From positions 186,001-250,000 of the forward strand of contig NW_020844647.1 of assembly GCF_003704095.1 (NCBI RefSeq): 64,000 nt of DNA. The letters are read 5' to 3'. Shown one piece after another: positions 12,201 to 26,552 of this stretch. Position 1 is the stretch's first letter; each line of letters starts with the position of its first letter. Source of the stretch: Pocillopora damicornis (lineage: Eukaryota). Both the position numbers and the translations under genes were made by a program. Under the pieces are notes generated by a model. That model saw nothing but the letters and a program-made list of their open reading frames with translations. It ran no database searches and was not told the origin of the DNA.

Positions 12201-14865
12201 GCAGCACGAGCCCATCTTGATCAGGCTCTTGCTTATAGGAGATCAATGATGAAAAGGTCATGAAAAATGATGGATAAAGCCCAGGGTAATGTAGCAATTT
12301 TGCAGACAACTGCCCTCACTGCTTGTGGTTGTCCTGTTATTCTGTCCATCTCCATTGACTTAGAACCTAAAGCCTATAGTAACTACACATGAGATGCTTA
12401 GCTAGTTTAACTTTCCAGAATTTTTCACAGATGCTTTAGCAATTAAAAACAAAGAGAGTTTCTTTCCATTAGATGAAAATTGGTTACCTCATCTTCAACT
12501 AAAGCTGCATTCATCAATGTATGGGCACATGATACAGAGCTGGTTGATTCATCTATGCTCTCTTCATAACCTACAAGGCATTCAGTCCAATGTAACTATC
12601 AACACATAGGATTGTTGGCACGTAACATGAGGAGTTCATCCCTCTTTTTACTGTAACAAATGGCTAACAACATCTCCTCCCCCTTGGATGGTAGTTAGTC
12701 CATTGCAAGACACCTACTGGGAGATAGCTTGGATTTTTCAAAGGTGGGGGCGAGGGAAGGGTACAGTAACATATTTCTACACCTCTTAATCTAAAGTAAG
12801 TTAAGTTGCAATTCTACTTTCTGTATTAGTGTGCTGGTATCCAAGCAATAAGAAGCACTGACAAGTGAAGTATCTAGCATTCAAAAAGATTTATGCCCAC
12901 AGGATTCTATGACCAGAACATTTGTGAAAACACTCAAATTATATGTTGATGATTTAAAACACAAATATATCACTATTAGGAAATGTTGTAAGCACCCCAG
13001 CACCTGTCTAGCCATGCCCATGACCCCCTTGCACACAGTCTGTTTCCCAAACTGAGACCATAACCATAAAGCTGACAAATGTTCTGCTACAAATCAGGAG
13101 TAATTACAAGAAACCACAAAACCCCAGAACTACCACAGTTTAAGCCTGTAACTTGGAAGAAAAAAATTTCCCACTTCACCTTTCTCTCTGAGTAACACTT
13201 AATGTTAATGTTAATTAACCCTTCAATTCCCATGAGTGACCAAGACAGGATTTCTCCTTACAATATTGAAACAATATCGAGCCCACACATGATGAGAATA
13301 AAGGAAGATACCAATAGTGGGATTATTAGCTAAACTTATACCAAATTCTTCAGATTAACATCATAAGAATTGTGTGGCAGACAGTAAAGATAATTGGAAA
13401 TTAAATTTAACAGAGTGGTTGCGACTTACCATCAAAAGCATGACTTGTAATGTTGGCTTGTAATTGTCGGCTCACCTCAGGATAGACTCTTAGTATAAAA
13501 TTAACAAGGCCCTTTAAAAACAGAAGGAAAACAAAATGCAAGAAAATGTAAATGATTGGCATACACAATCCTGCTACAGTGGATGATTTGGTTTCATCAA
13601 CTGAGTTGATGAATTCAATCTAAATTGGCCACTTTAAAGAGTTTCTACAGTTGATGTTTTAAGTGTTGGACCTAATGGTTGGAGTGAATGAAGTGCGTGG
13701 AGCAGACCTCAAACTAGAAAAGTCAACTCCTAGACTTGTTCATGTATAACAACACACATTTATGGCCTGGATGGGGTATAAACCATAAACCAAAAATTTA
13801 AAGATATTTTGATTGCATTGAGTCAATAATTGATCCAAAAAACAACAAATTATGTTGCATACTGGATTCTCTTCCTCAACAACAAAGACAAGTTTTCCTT
13901 TCTCATCCTCTTCTTCTGTTTGAGTCTAAAGTAAACAAATAATGAAGCATATTAAGTATTCAGTCACTGGTTAAGTTCACTCATAATATTTTATTGTAAT
14001 ATTTTTCTGATTGGTTATGCACTCCTGCTCTGATGACTTAAACCTTTTTACTCCNNNNNNNNNNNNNNNNNNNNNNNNNNNNNNNNNNNNNNNNNNNNNN
14101 NNNNNNNNNNNNNNNNNNNNNNNNNNNNNNNNNNNNNNNNNNNNNNNNNNNNNNNNNNNNNNNNNNNNNNNNNNNNNNNNNNNNNNNNNNNNNNNNNNNN
14201 NNNNNNNNNNNNNNNNNNNNNNNNNNNNNNNNNNNNNNNNNNNNNNNNNNNNNNNNNNNNNNNNNNNNNNNNNNNNNNNNNNNNNNNNNNNNNNNNNNNN
14301 NNNNNNNNNNNNNNNNNNNNNNNNNNNNNNNNNNNNNNNNNNGGCGATCCTAGCATTGTGGCGATCCTAAAAGTTAGCTCAGTTCCTCTGTGATTATGTA
14401 CACACTCAAATAGGAAGTGTCTTCAAGTACCTCTGCATCTACCCGATGGATTGACTGTACATCTGCCTCATAAGTGATAATCTCACTGGTTTGAGCCCCT
14501 GCATTTTTGCTAGACCTTTGGAAATGATGTAGATTTTATTTCAATGAATACTTGTCCACTTTGACGATACACAACATCTTGACAACACAGTGTTAGTGTA
14601 CTAATTATTTTTTCACTTATTTTTTCACGCCAGCTTGATTTCAATTTTACATTTACCATAAAGTGTTTTTTCTAGTAAATAAAAAAAAAATTAAAAAAAA
14701 ACACACACATCAAAGTACACTCAGAACTTTAAATTTAAGGTTGATGGTATTTTAAATCCTGGTATAAATTTCCCGCCAGATAAAACTTAAAATCACTTTG
14801 TCTCACCTTTCGGTTTTCCACGACGACTTAAATTCTACTGCTTCTTGTGCTTCATCGTTAAACAT
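6226..14865 (-). CDS. WDR34: WD repeat protein 34 / cytoplasmic dynein-2 intermediate chain 2 (17 exons, ~501 aa)
   Basis: Exons 14865-14807, 14515-14431, 13925-13863, 13511-13430, 12570-12488, 12075-12023, 11714-11675, 11398-11324, 10824-10758, 10029-9935, 9777-9733, 9647-9494, 8934-8827, 8168-8014, 7536-7411, 6845-6763, 6358-6226; all GT-AG and phase-consistent. Motifs: [106 protein letters not shown]. Confidence 0.93.
7120..7300. repeat. CCAAT/ATTGG-rich dispersed repeat
   Basis: Related blocks (gattggtc/ttgaga, ccaatca, accaagtcgc/ttggtagcacgcgttttcc) recur at ~52850-53050 and ~53595-53790. Confidence 0.4.
8390..8620. repeat. Dispersed repeat ending in four ~20-bp tandem units (aaaaccatgtgatccccc)
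   Basis: Four consecutive copies at ~8538-8620; the 5' part is similar to 440-660. Confidence 0.75.
11041..11244. mobile_element. piggyBac-type MITE (family 1)
   Basis: Closely matches 22370-22580 (cccaagatc..aattctccttactgtc..aaggagaaa..gggagttaa). Confidence 0.7.
13215..13400. mobile_element. piggyBac-type MITE (family 1, opposite orientation, truncated)
   Basis: Begins TTAACCCTT...cccatgagtgaccaagacag, the reverse complement of the family-1 right end. Confidence 0.65.
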
Positions 14866-14978
14866 AGTATTGCGAGGAAAGATTATGCTGTTTACTTCCT
14901 CATCAACACACCAATATTTGTTTCTACCAAAAGCTTTTTCTGTGTCCAAAATTAGAAGTTGTTTTTTGACGATCCAAT

Positions 14979-17900
14979 ATGGCGTCTGATCTGTTTACCA
15001 AATTTGGAAGTGGCAACAGAGCGCTATTTATCACTGGTAGCTATAGTAACCGCTTTAGGAACAGTCCTCAGAGGGAAGAAGTCAAAATGGCTGCGAGTAA
15101 AACAGCTTCGAGTTTCCACAGTATGCCGCATAGAAACGGCACTTATGTGGCCAGCCATGGAGGTAATTCTCCTGCAGATGTTACCCCAGACCTACATCTA
15201 AAGATGTCGAAGAAGATCGCTCAACTTACTAAAGTTATTTACGCGCTCAACACCAAAAATGACGAACACGAAAATGTTTTGGAAAACATGAAAACGGCCC
15301 ATGAAGAAGAGATGCAAAAGCTTATGGCGGAAACGAAAGAAAGAGTTAACTATTTTAAAACCAGGTTAAATGCTGTTTCTGAACAAAGACAGAAGATCGA
15401 CATGTTAGAGTCGCATTTGTCGAAGGAACGGCTCCAGCGAGAAGAGGCGATGTCGGAATTTGAGAGTTTCAAGCGCCGAACAAATGATGAAGAAGCTCGT
15501 TTGAAATCAGAGTTTTCTGATAGGATTTTGACCATGTCCAAGGAGTTATTAACTTCTAAAAAGGAGTTCGAAGAACGCCTGAAGGATTTTCAGGCTACTA
15601 GGAAACTGTTAGAGGAAAATCGAGACAAAGCTGTGGAGGAGTTGACAAGCAAACATCACGACGAGATCGACCAGCTCATGAAAGCTCATCGTGTGCGCTA
15701 CGATGAAGTTGTGAAGGAAAAGCAGAAACTTGAAAAAGAATTTCAGGAAAAGCTTTCTCGGGCAGAAACTTCTAGCGATGCTGTGGCGGAGGAAAGACAT
15801 CGAATTGAATCTGAGTATCAAGAAAAATTGGACAAACTGAAAGCATTTTACGAAAAAGAATTGGCTGCTTCGCGAACTTTACAAGAAAATTCCAAAGAAT
15901 TTCAACTGAAAGAGTGGGAAAAAAGAGAGAAGGCTCTTAAAACCGAATGGAATAGACAAGAACGAATCTTTAAGGACAGGATTTCAGAGTTACTAAATCA
16001 ATTAAGTGACGGAGAGCAACATATGTCCATTTTGAAAACGCAACTAAACGAACTGGAATCCAAACTCGAAGGTAAAGAAGGGGATTCAACAAACTTGGCG
16101 AAACAACTCGAGGAAGCGAGGCAAGAGGGATCCAAAGCCCTGAAGAGTTTAAGGGAGACGGAAAGTAACTTAACTGTATCGAAAAAACGGTGTGAGGAGC
16201 AAGAGGCCGAGATCGCTCGTCAATCGAGTAAGTACCGTAGTTCACATATAACATTCATCACTTCAAGGGTTTCTTTACTAACCAACATTATGACCAGCTC
16301 CCAGAGTTTGTAGAGCACTCCACCGGTATCGCAGAGGTCATAGACTCAAATACCATACAAGCCTGAATTTTTTTCAGACCTTAATTTTACTACTGCTTAA
16401 GTTGTGTCCATTACTGCGAAGATCGCTTTCATATCCATATCTTAAACCGCAATTCACAAGTATGATTTTCATATGACTTCACAGTAAAGTAAAGTGATTT
16501 TGTATGTTTATAATACAAACAAAATTTCGTTTTATGTGATTATAGAATTATTTAATGTTCTTTGTTGAAATTAATCGGTTTTATAGCGTTCCTTCTGTAA
16601 TTTTTATTCTTTTGATATCATTTTTAGGTAATATTATTTCCTATTGATTATTTTTCGGAAATCAAGTTTGATCATTGATCGAATATTTAGTTTTCCTGTG
16701 AAAAATTAATTTATTTGTGTTATTAACAAGTGATCCATTATGGAAAGTGTGCATATTGTTATTCAATACAATACTAGGGCAGGTGGACATATTTAAACTC
16801 AAAAGGCTGCACAATGGGGTACTTTTGTGACATTTCTTTTTATTCATGTACTTATTATCTTGTGGGAAAAACTTTTTAGCAGCCACACGTTAGGTTTTTC
16901 TATGAAACATTTAATATCTATTGGGGAGTTTTGATCTTTGTCTTGCTCTCCTGTTGAAAACTTTTTATTAAATCTCTAAGTTAGTGTGTATACTATGATT
17001 GGTCAGTTCATCAGGCTATGTTTTACCATATGACCTGCTAGATTCAAAAGTTTGTTTGAACTGAAAACTTCCTGATCTCTTTGAATCCAGAGATATCAAA
17101 TAATTAATTTACTAACCTTGTTTTCTATGTCAAACCTTAAACTCAGTTAGTGTTAAAAGTACACTGTATTTATAAGCTCTACATTCAATCCATGAATGGA
17201 CTGTAAAAGTCTTTGGTGGAGGATGCTTGAGAAATATTTCCTTGAGTTTCATAATTTTTCCATGACACAACGTTAGTGGTTAAACTATTTTTTTTATTTC
17301 TATGAAACAGATGGTTACAAATCTGCATCTATAGATATTGCCATTGCTGGTTTAAAAGTAGCAAACTGTGAGTTCAATCATCTCACTGCATTCCACTTGC
17401 AACTCACTCACTTATCACCAAAAAAAACCTCTTATCACTTTTCACCAAATTCCACATGCAAGTTAATCACTTGTCTCTTATTCATGTTATATATTAACCC
17501 CTTTGCACCCTAACATCAATATGCATATTCTCCATACTGTTCTCTATACATCTCTGAAGGTGCTGACAATGGGAATTTGTGTAAGAATCAAGAGTTTTTT
17601 ATTTAGTGATCATTTTCTTTATTCCTGTGACCTTAATGTGTGATTCAGGGATGATATTGTAAGGAGAAAATAGATGCTAGTCTTTCCTAGGGGTCAAAAG
17701 GTTAGATGTTAAGGAATTATTCTATGCTAACATATGAAAATTGTTTGAAACAGTGCAAATCAGCAAACTTGATGCAACCAAGTTGTCTCAGGAAACAACG
17801 ATCAAGGAACTGAAAGCAAACATTACAAGCCTACAAAGTAAGCTGAATAAGATGGAGTCTGAACACGATGATCTTGGAAAGAAGTTCAGTTCACACACAG

Positions 17901-20900
17901 TGCAAACTGACTCAAAGATCATGCATCTTCAACAGGTTAGATTACACATCCCCTGCTACCTGTATTGTTTATGGCCTTATATAGCTCTGAATAGATTAAA
18001 AAGCTCTCACCTTCATGGATGAATTGACACTTCTATTCACAGAGAAAAGTGAAATAAAAATTGAAAAATTAAGTAATCCACAGCTAATGCTTGGTCATTC
18101 TTGAACATGCTGTGTTTGTCATAAAACTATCAAGCTGCCATAACAAAGACATAGTTAAAACAAAGTTAAGTTGACCATGTATGCTGTTAGATAATTATAG
18201 GTATCAGCTTGATGATCCCAATTTTTAAAAAAATTGGTTACAAGTAATTTGTTATTTATAAAGAGTTTAAAAACAATCACTGTAGGGGGTTTGCAGCCAC
18301 TTTCTGTTTTGCAATACTGACAGAAAATCAATGAATTAACATTTTTAAGCCATACAGCTTGACATAATTACCACAAGTTGTTTGACTCAAGATGTTGTAA
18401 CTATTAAGGTACTGTTATGGTGGAGTTGCATTTGTAAATTGATTCTAAATGGCACTTCCTGTATTTTCAAATGGCAACAATCATGCACAGACCTATTTGT
18501 TGCCCTCAACCATAGCTTGAGACTACTACACTCGTAGCTATCAGAAGAAATCCCTTACTTTGATAACTTTGAATGAAATCGAGATTTTAAGAACAATTGC
18601 AAAAGCTGACAAAGTTGCCAGATGCGTTGAAAGTATTGCAAGACCTGTGATTCAATTATCCTATTTACCTGTGTATAGCACACACTTTTTCATAAAAATA
18701 AACATAATTGCTACCCCTATCTTTATTCACATATTCTTGAATTCAGATATTTAAGAAAATGAACGACATGTTTTCAGAATTCAATTACTTTTTAATGCCT
18801 TTAAGTTTGTGATTTATCATTTGGTTGAATTTGTTTTGTACAGGAAATTGAGAAACTTTTAAGGGAGAAGGAAGACTTGGAATCAAAATACAATGCTGAA
18901 TTAAAAAGAGCTGGTGAACAATCTACTAGCAAAGAATTTTCACTGAGAAAAGAACTTGAAGATGTCACAGCAAAGTTAAAGAGAGATCATAGCAAAGAAC
19001 TTGAGGATATGAAGACAAAACTTGGTATCAATCATAATAACCACGTAATGAATTTACAGCAAGAATTTCAAGATAACTTGTCTCAGAAGGAGAGAGAACT
19101 TTTGGAGAATTCGGAGCAAGAACTTGAGAGGTTGCGGATAGAGAAAAATGAGGTTATTGCTGAGTTTGAGAATCATTGCAGTGACTTGAAAAATAAGTTG
19201 AGGTCATCTGAAGACGAAGTTGAGAGATTGGAGAAGCTGGTTCATGATAGTGAAAAAGGACTGGGATCTGCATCATCGCATATTGACAGCTTGAAAACAG
19301 CCCTTAGTCAGACTAAGGAGGAATTACAAAAGACAAAGACTGACTTGCAAGAGGCTGAAAACAAGTATGCAAAGTCAATGGTAAGATCTCTCTTGCTTGT
19401 GAAAAGTCAAACACCCATGAAAATCATGTTGACTCAAAACTGATTTAAGAGGGTCATCAGTATTGTCAGTTGCTGTCATTGATGATTCATTAATAAAAGT
19501 CTTACTGGCCTTCTGTCATAATTATAGCTTGTAAGGTCTCTTTGAAGGAATTTTGCACCATAGAATTATTGCATGGCAATCAATGTCCAGTAACACTGAA
19601 TAAAATATGTGAACACTTCTCTGAAAAAAGCCAGGTCCACACAGCTGTTAGGGCCAACATGAGGAACTTATACATATGTCTTTTTTTTAATGTTTTGTCT
19701 AAAACAAAGCAATAACAGGTTTGGAAGATACCTCCTTTAAGAGACTTTGAAGGAACCCTTGTATTTGCTAGTGGATATGTTGTACACTGTTGTTAGTGAA
19801 TATAAATCTTAATAATTTTAAGCTAGTTTAATCTGCATTTTTTGTAGTTCCATGTAAATTGCCAAAGCTCAAAAATAGAGAAAACAACAAAACAATCAAG
19901 ATTAATATTGTTTTACCTATAATTCCATCTTAACTTACAACAGATATCTTGAGAATATCATTGATTGTACTTATTGGTAGATGTTGTTGTCATGAAAATG
20001 TCTCATAATAATTAAAAATAAAAACTCTAATTTTAATCAGGATGAGATGTACAAGCTAGAAATGCTCCATGACAAGGCTCTAAAGGATGCAAAATTAGAC
20101 TCAGATGCCCAACTAGCATCACTTACCAATGAGTTGGATACTAAATGGAGTGAGAAATTAAGGTAAGTTTTTTTGGGTTGACTTAGAGAGAGTAGTTGAT
20201 GCACCAAATATCACTGTCATATCAACCATGCACCGAAAGCTCTTGTGAATTAGTAAATGACACATCAAGTAAAATTCCAATTGTGTATTAACCTTGTGGG
20301 AATGTTGTTGAGTGAGTAATTTTTTTTTTCCAAAGAACAGAATACAGGTACAGTACAACTCAGAAATAAGCAGCCACAAAAATGAGCTGCAAATGTTTAG
20401 CATATAATTTATTTCTTGGTAACTTTCAGGGATGAATGCAGTAAACTGCGCTCACAGTTGAATGAACAGCACAGAGAGGAAAATCGTGTGTCACTGGAGC
20501 AACTAACAAAGATAAAAGATTTGCAGAGAGAAGAACTGAGAGGAGAGCTGCAAAGTAAAATTGATGCTTTAAAAAAGACTGTAAGTACACAGACAGTATT
20601 ATCAAATGAATGTCTTATTTTATGCTTTGAGGCAACCTTTCTGCACTGATTAAGTCATGAACTCTTTCACCCTTTAGAGTGACTAAAATCTAATTTCTCC
20701 TTACAATATCTTGTCCGAATCACACATGAAGGACACAAGAATAAAGGAAATGAAGACCAACTAAAGAAGCTCTCGATTGTTAAACAAATTCTCCTTGTCA
20801 GCATCTTTAGAAATGTATAATGAACAGTACTGAGAATATACATACTGATATTAGTTTCAAATGCCTTAGAATGAGCATATTTCTGACAATTTCTATACTG

Positions 20901-23900
20901 AGTTTAGAGAACACATTTGAATAGTCAATAGATTTTGATCTCAACTTTTTAATCAAAACTGGATGGGTTTAATTCAACTTGATTTTGGTTCTTTGTAAAC
21001 AGGTTGCGCATCTTGCAATTGCTAAGAAATGCATTCTTGAACACTCCAAGAAGATTGTTAGTAACAATGTCTTGACATAAAGAAACTTGCACTGTGATAT
21101 TTGATATGATTATGTAATTTTTAATATAGCACCTTTCTTACTGTTACAGTATAGGGTGGTATGATTTGTAACATAATAATGTTTATCACAGACTATAACT
21201 TGATAAGAGGTGATTGTATAGTCTGAGCCATTTTGTTTGCAAAAGTTGACTACTTACCTTTAAACACCTCAGTCTATATTTAAATAATTCCACTCAACAC
21301 TTCAGGTTAAAATTCCCCACCACAGTTCGGCAAGGTTTGAATTCCATACCCCCCAGGGCAAAGATGACAGTCCAGTGCCTGTGGATTGCCTGAAGGAATG
21401 TTGAAGCCTGGAATTGATTGGTGCTTAATGGCTATTGTTTTGACAACCTTAATGGAAGTTGTGGTCAGTGTCTTACATGGCTTTGATGACAATATCCACT
21501 GAGGTTGTCAAAGTGTCAGTCACTGCTATCATCAGTTCTTAACAGTCTCTTACCTGAATGGTCAACTGTTGCCTCTGGATTTTAACCATCTACTGAAATT
21601 TTTTTAAGTGTCAATAAGTACATTTTATTTAGCAATTCTGACTGAGCTCACTGTGCATAAACTTAATAAGCTTTCTCCTTGTTCAGATTGCTGAAACTCG
21701 AGGTGATTTGGAAAAGGCAAACCGGAATGCTACGACAGCTGAGCTTGACCTTCGCAAAGAACTTGACTTACAGAGGAAACGCATGGAGGAAGAAATATCT
21801 GCCTTGTCTCTACAACACAACAAAAGGCTGGAAGAGTTGATAGAAAAACACAAGGAAGAGCTTAAGAAGCTGGAAGGTCTCAAAGATGAAGAAATGAAGG
21901 TACATGCTGGATTGTTTCAGGTTTTTTAATTAATAGGTGAATGTTCACACAGTGTTTGGTATCAGGTTTGAAGTTTGCAGCAATATGTATTAATCTCTAA
22001 TTACCTAAGTATAAGTTGAGTAACTTTTTTTCTGCAAGAAAACATGACAAGTGGCTGATTTGTCCTCTTTTTCAAGGTACTAATTTCTAACATGTGAATG
22101 CTAGTCATGAATTTTTCTTTCACATTTTCTCTCAGGAACGTGAGAGTGCCCTACAGAAGAGTCACAGAGATGAGATCACATCTCAACTGCAAGCAAATAA
22201 ACTCATGATAGATGCCGTCAAATCCCAAGCTGAGCAGACACGTATGAAAGACATCGAAGAAATAAAAATCAAACATGAAAATGATCAAGGTTAGACTTTT
22301 ATGAAAGGTTTTCATACAGCATCAGTTGTTGCAAGCCAGAAATAGTATTGTGTTTTTTCCCTTTTTTTGTTAATCTTTTAACTCCCAGATCAAATATGTA
22401 ATTCTCCTTACTGTCAACCATACAATTGTTATAATGTTAGTTCAGAGAATTTAGTATTGGATCAAATAATTATTCCCTAATTGATATTTTTCTTTATACT
22501 CATCACTTGTCTGCTTGATATTGTATTGATATTGTAAGGAGAAATTGTTTCTTGGTCACTCATGGGAGTTAAAGGGTTAACTAAAGTTAAACATGTTTTT
22601 AAAAAGTTGTGACTAAAGTGCACATACCACCATTTCCACAGGACAATTCCATTTTGCTGTTAATGCATTGAGACTAAAAGCAACTCCAGCTTTGTTGTCA
22701 AAATTGTTTATTTTTCACACTAGCTTTAAATGGTCAGATTATTTCATTGTTGTAAAGGGGAAATGGAAATTATGCTTTTTACTCATGCCTTGCATGACTT
22801 GCTTGAAAAACATCTTTTTTTTTGCAGTAACTGCATATTTTTTCCTTGTGATTTTTTTACTTTTTCTTTTTCAATCTCTTTTTTTCCTTTGTAATTAGTG
22901 TTTCTTATTTCTTTTTATAGAAAATATGAGAAGTGAGCTTTTGCGTGTCCAACAGGAGGAAATGCAAAGATTGCATAGAGAATTTGAGGTTCAATTAGCA
23001 GCTGTGAAACTCCAACTTCAGCGTACCAATGAGATGCACTCACAGGATGTAAGTTACCAACTGTAATTCAAAATATTTGTTTTTCAAAAACTCTTTTCTC
23101 GTCAACAAATGGATCCACAGGTAGGCATTTACTGCCTTTTCACCACTACTTTGAATGAGTAAATCTCACTTATTACTATATCATTTACAACTGTTACTGT
23201 CAGTAATACTCTGAGTGACTTTTGGCCTTGAGAGGAAAATTAATTCTCAATGTCTGCTCCTAATTTGCCACTCAGGAAACTGAACATCAGAATCAGATAG
23301 AAGAGCTAAGACGAGAGATTGAAGAGAGAGAGTGCCATCTCAAAGAACTGGATGAGGAAATCGGTGAGATGAAAAGTAATGTGGAACAACTTCAACGTGA
23401 ACTGCAAGCCAAAGGGCAGGAGATACTCAGTGTCAGACGGGAGGCTAATTCACAAATGAGGTTTGAATAGTATTGCTTTCTTTAAACTGGATTGCATAAT
23501 AATCCATATTTTTACAGTATATTGTATCTGCCTCAAGTATCAATGTTAAGGTTTTGTTTGTACTTTTTTTATGAACACCCATCAGATGAAATCCTAGTAA
23601 AATCACTGCCTTATAGTTTGTATGTCTTTCATAATCTGGTTGTCAGTCAGGCATTTAGATTGGAGACGGAACTTTCTGCCAACCTACAGTATTCATAATT
23701 CTGGTACTGGATTGTAGACTTGTTGTTTTTAGTCATACTGTTTTCTTTCTTGTACACTTCCAATTGAAAATTGTGTATCATTACTAAACATTTTACCTCT
23801 TTTTTTCAGAAAACGAGAAGAAGACCTTGCTAGATCACATCAGAAAGAGGTGGACTCCATAGCAGCAGATCATCTGCGTGAGACTCAGTCCTTGCTTGCA

Positions 23901-24869
23901 GAGTTTAATAGATCCAAGGAACTCCTTTGTGACAAGATTTCTGCTTTACAATTAATGTGAGTCTTTAGAGCTCCATGAAGGTGCTCTATCTCGAAATTTT
24001 AATATTCATGTAACCCACTTCAAGGAAATAACACGCAATTTTTTGTTGTCAACAGGCTGGAGGAGGCTGAAGAAAAATTCAGGAGCCGACAGTCACGACC
24101 AGAAGACTTGGAAGTTATTGAACAGCTTAAGAGGGCCCTTGCTGAACGGGAGCTGGATATGAAGAGACTTGTGGTCAGTTTGAATATTTCATTTAGTTTT
24201 CAGCATTTCCTTTGATTTTTCTTTAACCATTATTTTTAATTAGAAGGTACTTGCTCCCTGAAGAACTACTATGATCCCTTTCACTAAATGTAACTGGACT
24301 TGTATCAGTTCGGTCATCTTTTGCTTCATGTGAATGTCCATCAGATATTTAGTCCCAAAGATTAAATTTTGATCACAACTACTTCTCAGTTTTTAGTCAA
24401 GCTCAAATGTGGAGCTCCATTTTGCATGTCCACTTAACCATATGCATTCCCTTGCATTGTACATGTGAACAATATAGGGCCTGTTACCCATGTGAAAATT
24501 GCAGATTTGCACAGAGGGGTTGGCAATCAAGCTGTATTATTTTACAATACTTTTGTATTAATGCTGTCTCCTTATTTGGGTTCATAGGATGAGAAGAGAT
24601 ATTTCCAATTAGAGCTTCTCAACAGGGAAACAAACTTCAACAAAGTTTTCAAAGCAGCACCAAATATTGGCGTCATCAACCCACTTCAGGCCAAAACAAA
24701 ACCAGGGAAAGAAGGGGCACGGCAAAGCAGTTCTCTTGTCATGAGCTCGTCACGGCTAGATCCTATCCCTAACATGCCTGTTCATGAGAAAAGAATTAAT
24801 AACAGTCGGCCTCTGCCTCCAACTCCACCAAAAGAACCCCCACCTCATAGAAAGACAACTGTTTACTAA
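14979..24869 (+). CDS. FAM184A: FAM184A/B-family coiled-coil protein (12 exons; start may be ATG 15087)
   Basis: Exons 14979-16227, 17754-17935, 18844-19380, 20041-20162, 20430-20580, 21687-21899, 22136-22289, 22921-23048, 23276-23460, 23810-23956, 24056-24173, 24588-24869. FAM184 N-terminal motif DLHLKMSKKIAQLTKVIYALNTKNDEHE and C-terminal motif RQSRPEDLE..DEKRYFQLELLNRETNFNKVF. AATAAA at 25233. Confidence 0.9.
15037..15050. promoter_or_regulatory. RFX X-box in the WDR34/FAM184A bidirectional promoter
   Basis: GTAGCTATAGTAAC fits the X-box consensus RTHNYYWTRRNRAC at every position; a TGGCAAC half-site lies at 15011-15017. It sits between two divergent genes, one of them a known ciliary gene. 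Confidence 0.65.
16290..16470 (+). mobile_element. tRNA-derived SINE
   Basis: tRNA-like head (agctc..gtagagcact..ccggtatcgcagaggtcat..actcaaatacc; degenerate A/B boxes) followed by a SINE body (gcctgaatttttttcag..actgcttaagttg..actgcgaagatc). Confidence 0.65.
17494..17704. mobile_element. piggyBac-type MITE (family 2)
   Basis: TTAACCCCTT...catattctccatactg...aaggagaaaa...gggtcaaaaggtta; closely matches 34855-35054. Confidence 0.7.
22370..22580. mobile_element. piggyBac-type MITE (family 1, full length)
   Basis: Terminal inverted repeats ttaa-tctttaactccc ... gggagttaaaggg-ttaa with TTAA at both ends. Confidence 0.75.
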
Positions 24870-26552
24870 TAAATTAAAATACTAGATTGTGTTCTGACTA
24901 GTTGCATACATTGAACCAATATTGGTATACCTTTACCTCTTTGTCATGTCATGGATTTTCTAAGACAAAGTACTCACACTTTTTATGTCTTAAGCTGTAA
25001 AAATACAGTAATGGAGTAATTATCAAACAGCTTCTTATAGGTGTGAGATGCTTGTATATCTCAAAGTTGTTGCCTTGTACTTACTAGCAGCCATCATTAG
25101 AAAAAATTTGATGAATATGTTTTCAACCTTGATCATTCCACTTATATTAAGTATAGTGTACAGCAGAATGTAAATATTAGAACTGTATCAAATATTGCAA
25201 TGGAAAATTGCTTGTATATAATGCAGGGTTGTAATAAAAAGACTTGGAAAAGTTGTCCATATCTAGCTGCAAATAATTGTCATATTGTTGTGGAAGGAAA
25301 TTAGGTCAATTGTTGTTTTGGAAGATTTTACTGAGTATGTGTTCTAGGATTGGATGAATAATATCCTAAGTTGCAAGTGTGCTTCTGTAAAGATCATTTG
25401 GCTGATGATCAGGAGGGCTCTGTCTATAAGGGACTGTCTGAGGATTGTTCTCACAAATGAGGGTCTTTCAAAGGCTACAGGTAACTAAAAGGGTAGAATT
25501 TCATTTGTCAAGAGTTGAAGGAGGGTTGGTTAAGAAAAGAAAAACATTTCATTATTAAATACCCCTTCCCGCATCCCACCATGTTAAGGTAAATGGTTTG
25601 ACTTTTCTCACCTATTTCTAAAAGGTGAGCTTTATTTTAGTTTCTTAATCACAATATTTTCATTTTCTGACATGTGCCCTAGCTTTCATTTGAGTTAGAG
25701 AGCAGCTCGCAAGAGGAAAGTGCAAACGAAAGCAATCTGAGGAGGGCCAGCTAAGAATGGAATAATTTTGCTCCTTTCAATCATTTTGTGCAGATTATTG
25801 AGTTTAGGACAGGCACCCAAAGTGTCATTGTCCCAAAATGTTTCACAAAGCCACAAGGAAAATAAGCCGCAGATTCCGTAATTCCTTATTCATTTCGTTT
25901 CAATTTGTTTAGTGGCGAAAAAGAGATTAACGCCTCTTTGTTTTCTTTAGACATCTCGCGTAATATTTTACAAATTCCACGACGTCCCTGAGGGTCGGGA
26001 GAGTGGGGACGGCTTACAGCCCCTATTGGTCGGCGAGATAAAGATCAAGACACGAGTGATTTTATGAATGAATTATAATTTTATTTTTTTTTTGGTAAAA
26101 AAAATGAAAACGGTACACCCCTTATAAGAACATGAACTATGATATGCGAGCAAAAGACCAAATCTACATAAAGCTTAAAACTGGCTTTTTAAAAATATGC
26201 GTTTTGCCAACCTTGTCTGAAAACACACGTATTAAACTAAAAAGTAGTTTTAATTAATCTAGTCTGAAATGCAACAAGGAGGTTCAAACTTACTGCCCCA
26301 GTAACCGACGCGAGCCACTACAAGCATGAAACCTTTGAATTACGATGGGATTAATGTTGAGAATGATAAAAACAACATGGCCGGCCGTCTGGAGGGGTTC
26401 ATGAAAACAATGAAAATGGCAGGTGAAAGTCGCACAAAGAAACCGTGTGAATGCTTCAGAATAATGCTGAAAACTTATGCAATTTTCAACATGTGTCAAA
26501 CTTTATAAATGTAGGTTATCGATGCGAATGTTTAGGGCTTTCCTCACGGGAA

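Noticed and set aside
16290-16360. tRNA-like sequence
   Set aside because: Degenerate A/B boxes, no complete cloverleaf, and it continues into a SINE body.
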